64,000 nt of DNA from Zancudomyces culisetae HAW-14-8. Taxonomy: Eukaryota > Fungi > Kickxellomycota. This document shows positions 59,910 to 64,000 of the stretch, one piece after another; position 1 is the stretch's first letter, and every line of letters begins with the position of its first letter. The DNA is taken from positions 1 through 64,000 of the forward strand of contig JBNJNM010000010.1 in assembly GCA_052426225.1 (NCBI GenBank). The letters are read 5' to 3'. The position numbers were made by a program, and so were the translations under genes. The notes beneath the pieces are model-generated. The model was given only the letters and a program-made list of their open reading frames with translations, was not told where the DNA came from and searched no databases.

Positions 59910-61388
59910 TCACTTTCGTGTCTTTTTCCTGTCCACCCACAACGAATCGCGAGAGGTATCTTCATGTTTTAACCCTTTCCATTTAGTTTGATTGTGGCGC
60001 CCCTGACTTAGTTGCTCCAGTAGCTTGCGTTTTGCATGCACTTCCTCTTTATCTACCGGGTTTTTCATAGCATGCTCCTGAGCTGTGGCAATTGATTTAG
60101 AGGAAGTTAATAACTCGCTATAAAAAGCACCCTTGTGGTAGTATTTTCCAAGCATTGGAGCGGCTTTTACCTTTTCTAACTTTTCAAGTCGCTGTTTGCG
60201 TACCAAGTTCAAGTCTTCCTTGATTCGGGTCCTCTCATCCATGTTTCTTCTTTTTTCTACCTCTTCCCGCTCAAGCTCTAGAGCCATCCTAGCTTGTTTA
60301 TCTCGAATAAGCCTATCCAGCTCTCGTTGTTTCCAGAGCTCGTATTCAGCCTCTTCTTCCTCTGGATAGTCAGTATCATCAATACCACCAAACCCTGTAT
60401 CATCAACTTCCGGAACCAGCAGCTCCTTTTTAATTTCATCAGTTATAGTCTGCATGGCCACTTTTTTCTGAACTAGCTGTATCGTATTCTTTTCTTCTGC
60501 TGTATAAATCGATGTATCTACAAAGGCGCCGGATGCACTAGACTTTGAGTTTCTATTTGCTCTTAATGGAGAAGTAACAAAAATAGATAATTTAAAATGG
60601 AAATTCCATGTTAATATATTAAAGACTCTATAGAATTGATGGAAATGATGCTTACTTTGATTTGAATACTGGTCGCATCGGTAAGGTTGATGATTCTTCA
60701 CTTTCATAAGATGATTCAGTGCCATCACTTTCATCGCTTTCATAACTTCCTTCATTGTCTTCATCTATATCACTTGCAACATTTATATTTATGTCTTTTG
60801 TCTCCGTTTCCACTTCTTGCTCTTGGTTCTATTAATTTATACGTTTTTATTTTTATTTTTTTTGGTTTAAGTATATGGATTCTTCGTATAATACATATTT
60901 TATGTCCCAACTTTTAAATAAAAGGCTGTGAAATAAAGGGTAGAAACAAGTCAAACCTTTTCTAGTTCATCTCGTCTGATCTGTCTTTCCAGTTTTGATG
61001 CCTCCATTCGTTTATTAGCCAAAGCCCTTTGTCTTAACAACTCTCTAATATTATCAGCTTCATCCTCGCTTCCTTCAGAGCTCGATGTCTGTTGTGAATC
61101 TTCCTGCGCTTTAGATTCATCACTGTTAAATTCGTCACGCTGGGAGCGTTCGCTTTGTTTTTGATGCCAATCGCCTGGAATTCCTACATGTTGATACTCC
61201 ACGCCTTTTATATCTATTTCGCCTATTTCCTGCACTTTTTTTACTGCCTCAGAGTCAGAACCGCTTTCACTTTCGGTATCAGAATATCTTGTCTCATTTT
61301 TTGGTGCTTTTCCTGGATAGTACCTTTGTAGTTGGACGCCTGAAGTTGCAACACTCCGAGCTTTATTCGCATTTATATTTCTGTGCAT
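59910..61388 (-). CDS. MFAP1: MFAP1/Spp381-like spliceosomal B-complex protein (3 exons)
   Basis: Exons 61388-60957, 60828-60656, about 60561-59910. QRYYPGKAP, RPVF.SK, IDDTD..EEE.EYELWK.REL.RL.RD, KYYHKGAFY, QTKW..L..EDT. Confidence 0.88.
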
Positions 61389-61794
61389 TTTATTAAAAAT
61401 TAACTTGTGCTTTTTAATCGAGTGGAGCTTGCTTTGATCTAATTCAATCCCTTTTTGATTAAATTTATGATATCCAACGCATTAGAGGTGTTTTTTAACA
61501 AGCTCTGGTATTTTCAAATTAAAAGTATCTATGTTTAGGTTTCTTGAATCTCTCTTTAATCAAAATCGAGGCGAGAGAGGTAAGAAATACGTTGTAAGAT
61601 GAAAAATAAATAATTACAAAAAAATTGTTGGTAAAATTTTCTGCAAGATTTTTGCACTTGATCTCAAACTTTTGCCCAGACGTTTTTAATGGGGGAACAT
61701 TAACATGTAGGATAATTTAACTCAATAAACCGATAATTCTAAATAATAAGCGGAAACCAAAGCAATAATAAAAAAAGCTTGATGAAAAATAAGT

Positions 61795-64000
61795 TTACGA
61801 AAGTCTGCCTGAAGCCCTGGCCAAAAGCTCATTTATGGTGTATGCGTCTGCCGCTTCATCACCATTTGCCAAAAACGCAGCGTTTCTGTATTTCGAAACT
61901 ACCATCAGTGAAATTTCATAGGGTTCTCTGTCTAGTTTGTCTAGAGGTATTACATTGACATTTTTCAGAGTCAGCAGGTAGCCAACGATCTCTGGTTGGT
62001 TAAATTGTACAGCAATATGCAAAAGCGTACGTCCCTCAGCATCCGGCCTATTAATATCAATTCGCGCAAGCACTAACAATCTAATGAATTCCAAATCACT
62101 TTGAGTAATGGCCTCGTAGGCTTGGAATAGTAGATCAGAGTATTCAGAGTTTGAAAAGTGGCCTCCTGCTTGAATCATCAAGTTTATTAGGTCGGCTCTC
62201 CTCGAAACGACTGCTTCGAACAACGGAGTATGACCCGATCCGTCCAAAACATGAACACTGGCGCCTTTTTTAAGAAGCCATTTTGCGGCTTGAATATTCC
62301 CACCCCTAGCTGCACAATGTAGAGGGGTTCGCCCATTGTAGTCGTAGCATGTTGTCTCTAGCCAACCTTCGGATGCAATGGACAGCATTGTCATACCCAT
62401 AATATCATTTGTAGATGCAGCGGCACACAGCAAAACAGGAAAAAAAGATTTATATACTGAAGATCTCTCTTGTTGAGAAATTTCGGATTTTCTTTGGCCA
62501 AGAGTACTATTTACTAATGCTAAGTCACTTTTCGCTACTGAGCTCTCAGTGGGAGTGTGAGGTGGTGGTGGGTTTTCTATCATTGCAACAGCAGAGTTGG
62601 GTTTCACGCCGTTCTTGGACGCTATATCACCGTCATCGATCAATGGTGAGCTCTCAGTTGTAAGAATAGTGTTGTTGTCACTCAGCTGTAAACTCACATC
62701 GAGATGCTCCCGTTCACCATGGGTTTCCGTTAAAAATTTATCATCTCCTCTCTTGTTGTTTATTATTTCATAGCATACATACTGCACAAACGAGGCCGCT
62801 CTAACCTTTGGATCAACTACAACAGTCGGTTGTACTGCCGTAATCACAGTAAGTTCACCTCTTATCGATTGTGAAACCAGCTTTCTAATTTCGCTAGCAC
62901 TACGCCCAAGCCCGAGAAGATAGCTTAGTTTGGTGAGAGCACACTATATATAGTTATATGTACATGCTTATACAGACTATTTCAAATTTGACTATATTGC
63001 AAACTCGCGCAAAGGGTATGTCTGGTTGACGCCCTACAAGAAAATTCAGAAAAATAGTTAATTTACTTAAAAGTAAAGTACCTCAGATGTCATATCTCCT
63101 CCTGGCACAACTCCGCTTTCCACAAGTCCTCTTGCAGTTTCATACAGGTTTGTTACGTTTCCTTTTTGACATTGCGTGACATTGACTATCACCACTCCAC
63201 GATCGCTCGCCTCTCTGAGCAGGTCAATCATGCTATTATCTTTACACGGAATATTTCCACATCCAAATGTCTCCAATACCACGCCCTTCATCGGCGGAGC
63301 TAAAAGCGATTTGATTGACGCAATTGTAATCCCTGGGAATAGTCTGAGTGTGCACACATTTGGGTCCATAGTTTTTTTTACGGAAAACCTTGCAATTGCA
63401 TTCGGTCTAAAAACCAATGGCCAGTTTATCTCTAGTAAACAGTACACAAACTAGTTAATATCCTCAGTTTATTTTTAGGTACCTATGCACAATCCCGACA
63501 TTACCACACTTATACCCAATATTAATACGCACACACACACACACACACCCCAGTTTACTTTTCGTGCACGAAAAAAATACAGCATTTACAAATTACGACA
63601 CTTACCTATATTGACACCAACCTTTACCAATGGCGGCATGTTGGGACTATCAAACGCAGAAAAATTTAATGCATCTACTTTTGAAACTCTGTTTCCTCGG
63701 TACAAGTGGTTGTTAAAATACAACGTGACTTCAGGAATTATGTAATGACCAGCTATAATCAGGGCACCTAGTAGATTCTCAACAGCGTCGTTTCTGACCT
63801 CAGAGATGGGAACTTGCGATCCAGTAAGTATCACAGTTTTACCAAGATTCTTCAGCATAAAGCTAATTGCACTTGCTGTATACGCCATGGTGTCAGTTCC
63901 TAATGTTTGATTTCTAGCTTCATTAGAACCGGCTCTGATTTCATATTTTAATGATCGAAATCACTGCTCATTGCGCTCTAATTTACTTACCATGAAGAAC
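61795..64000 (-). CDS. L-asparaginase/lysophospholipase with C-terminal ankyrin repeats (ASPG-like); 5' part lies outside the window
   Basis: Exons >64000-63991, 63899-63607, about 63431-63082, about 62944-61795. [35 protein letters not shown], ankyrin [27 protein letters not shown]. Confidence 0.92.
63527..63548 (+). repeat. (CA)n microsatellite in an asparaginase intron
   Basis: Direct reading. Confidence 0.8.

Noticed and set aside
1-64000. CRISPR arrays, operons or prokaryotic defence systems
   Set aside because: The sequence is eukaryotic (spliceosomal introns, VMA2, MFAP1). The repeats seen are microsatellites or coding repeats without unique spacers.

Overview
AT-rich eukaryotic DNA with short spliceosomal introns, not prokaryotic. 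Gene content and style suggest an early-diverging fungus, most likely Zoopagomycota/Harpellales-like insect-gut fungi; this is inference and unconfirmed. About 1-9 kb is a nest of decayed Ty3/Gypsy LTR retrotransposons that retains a gag-pol -1 frameshift signal and a tRNA-Ser-like primer binding site. About 9-25 kb is gene-sparse. It holds a fungal transcription-factor-domain protein, a secreted Tyr/Gly-rich protein, two paralogous Cys-patterned secreted proteins and a trypsin pseudogene. About 25-64 kb is gene-dense: DHA2 MFS pump, YIP4/YIPF6, YABBY/HMG-like mini-protein, VMA2 (with a GC-AG intron), a type II membrane protein, secreted tyrosinase, DPBB/expansin-like protein, rhodanese-methyltransferase fusion, TAT-SF1/CUS2, ILV5, a CBM19-like mucin, MFAP1 and the 3' part of an asparaginase-ankyrin gene. 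The most interesting hypothesis is an extracellular adhesive or cross-linking kit (Kex2-processed Tyr-rich protein, Kex2-activated secreted tyrosinase, chitin-binding mucin). A possibly undescribed family of secreted C-x23-C-x4-C-x3-C proteins is also present. No rRNA, tRNA or CRISPR array was recognised. Exon coordinates were read by eye.
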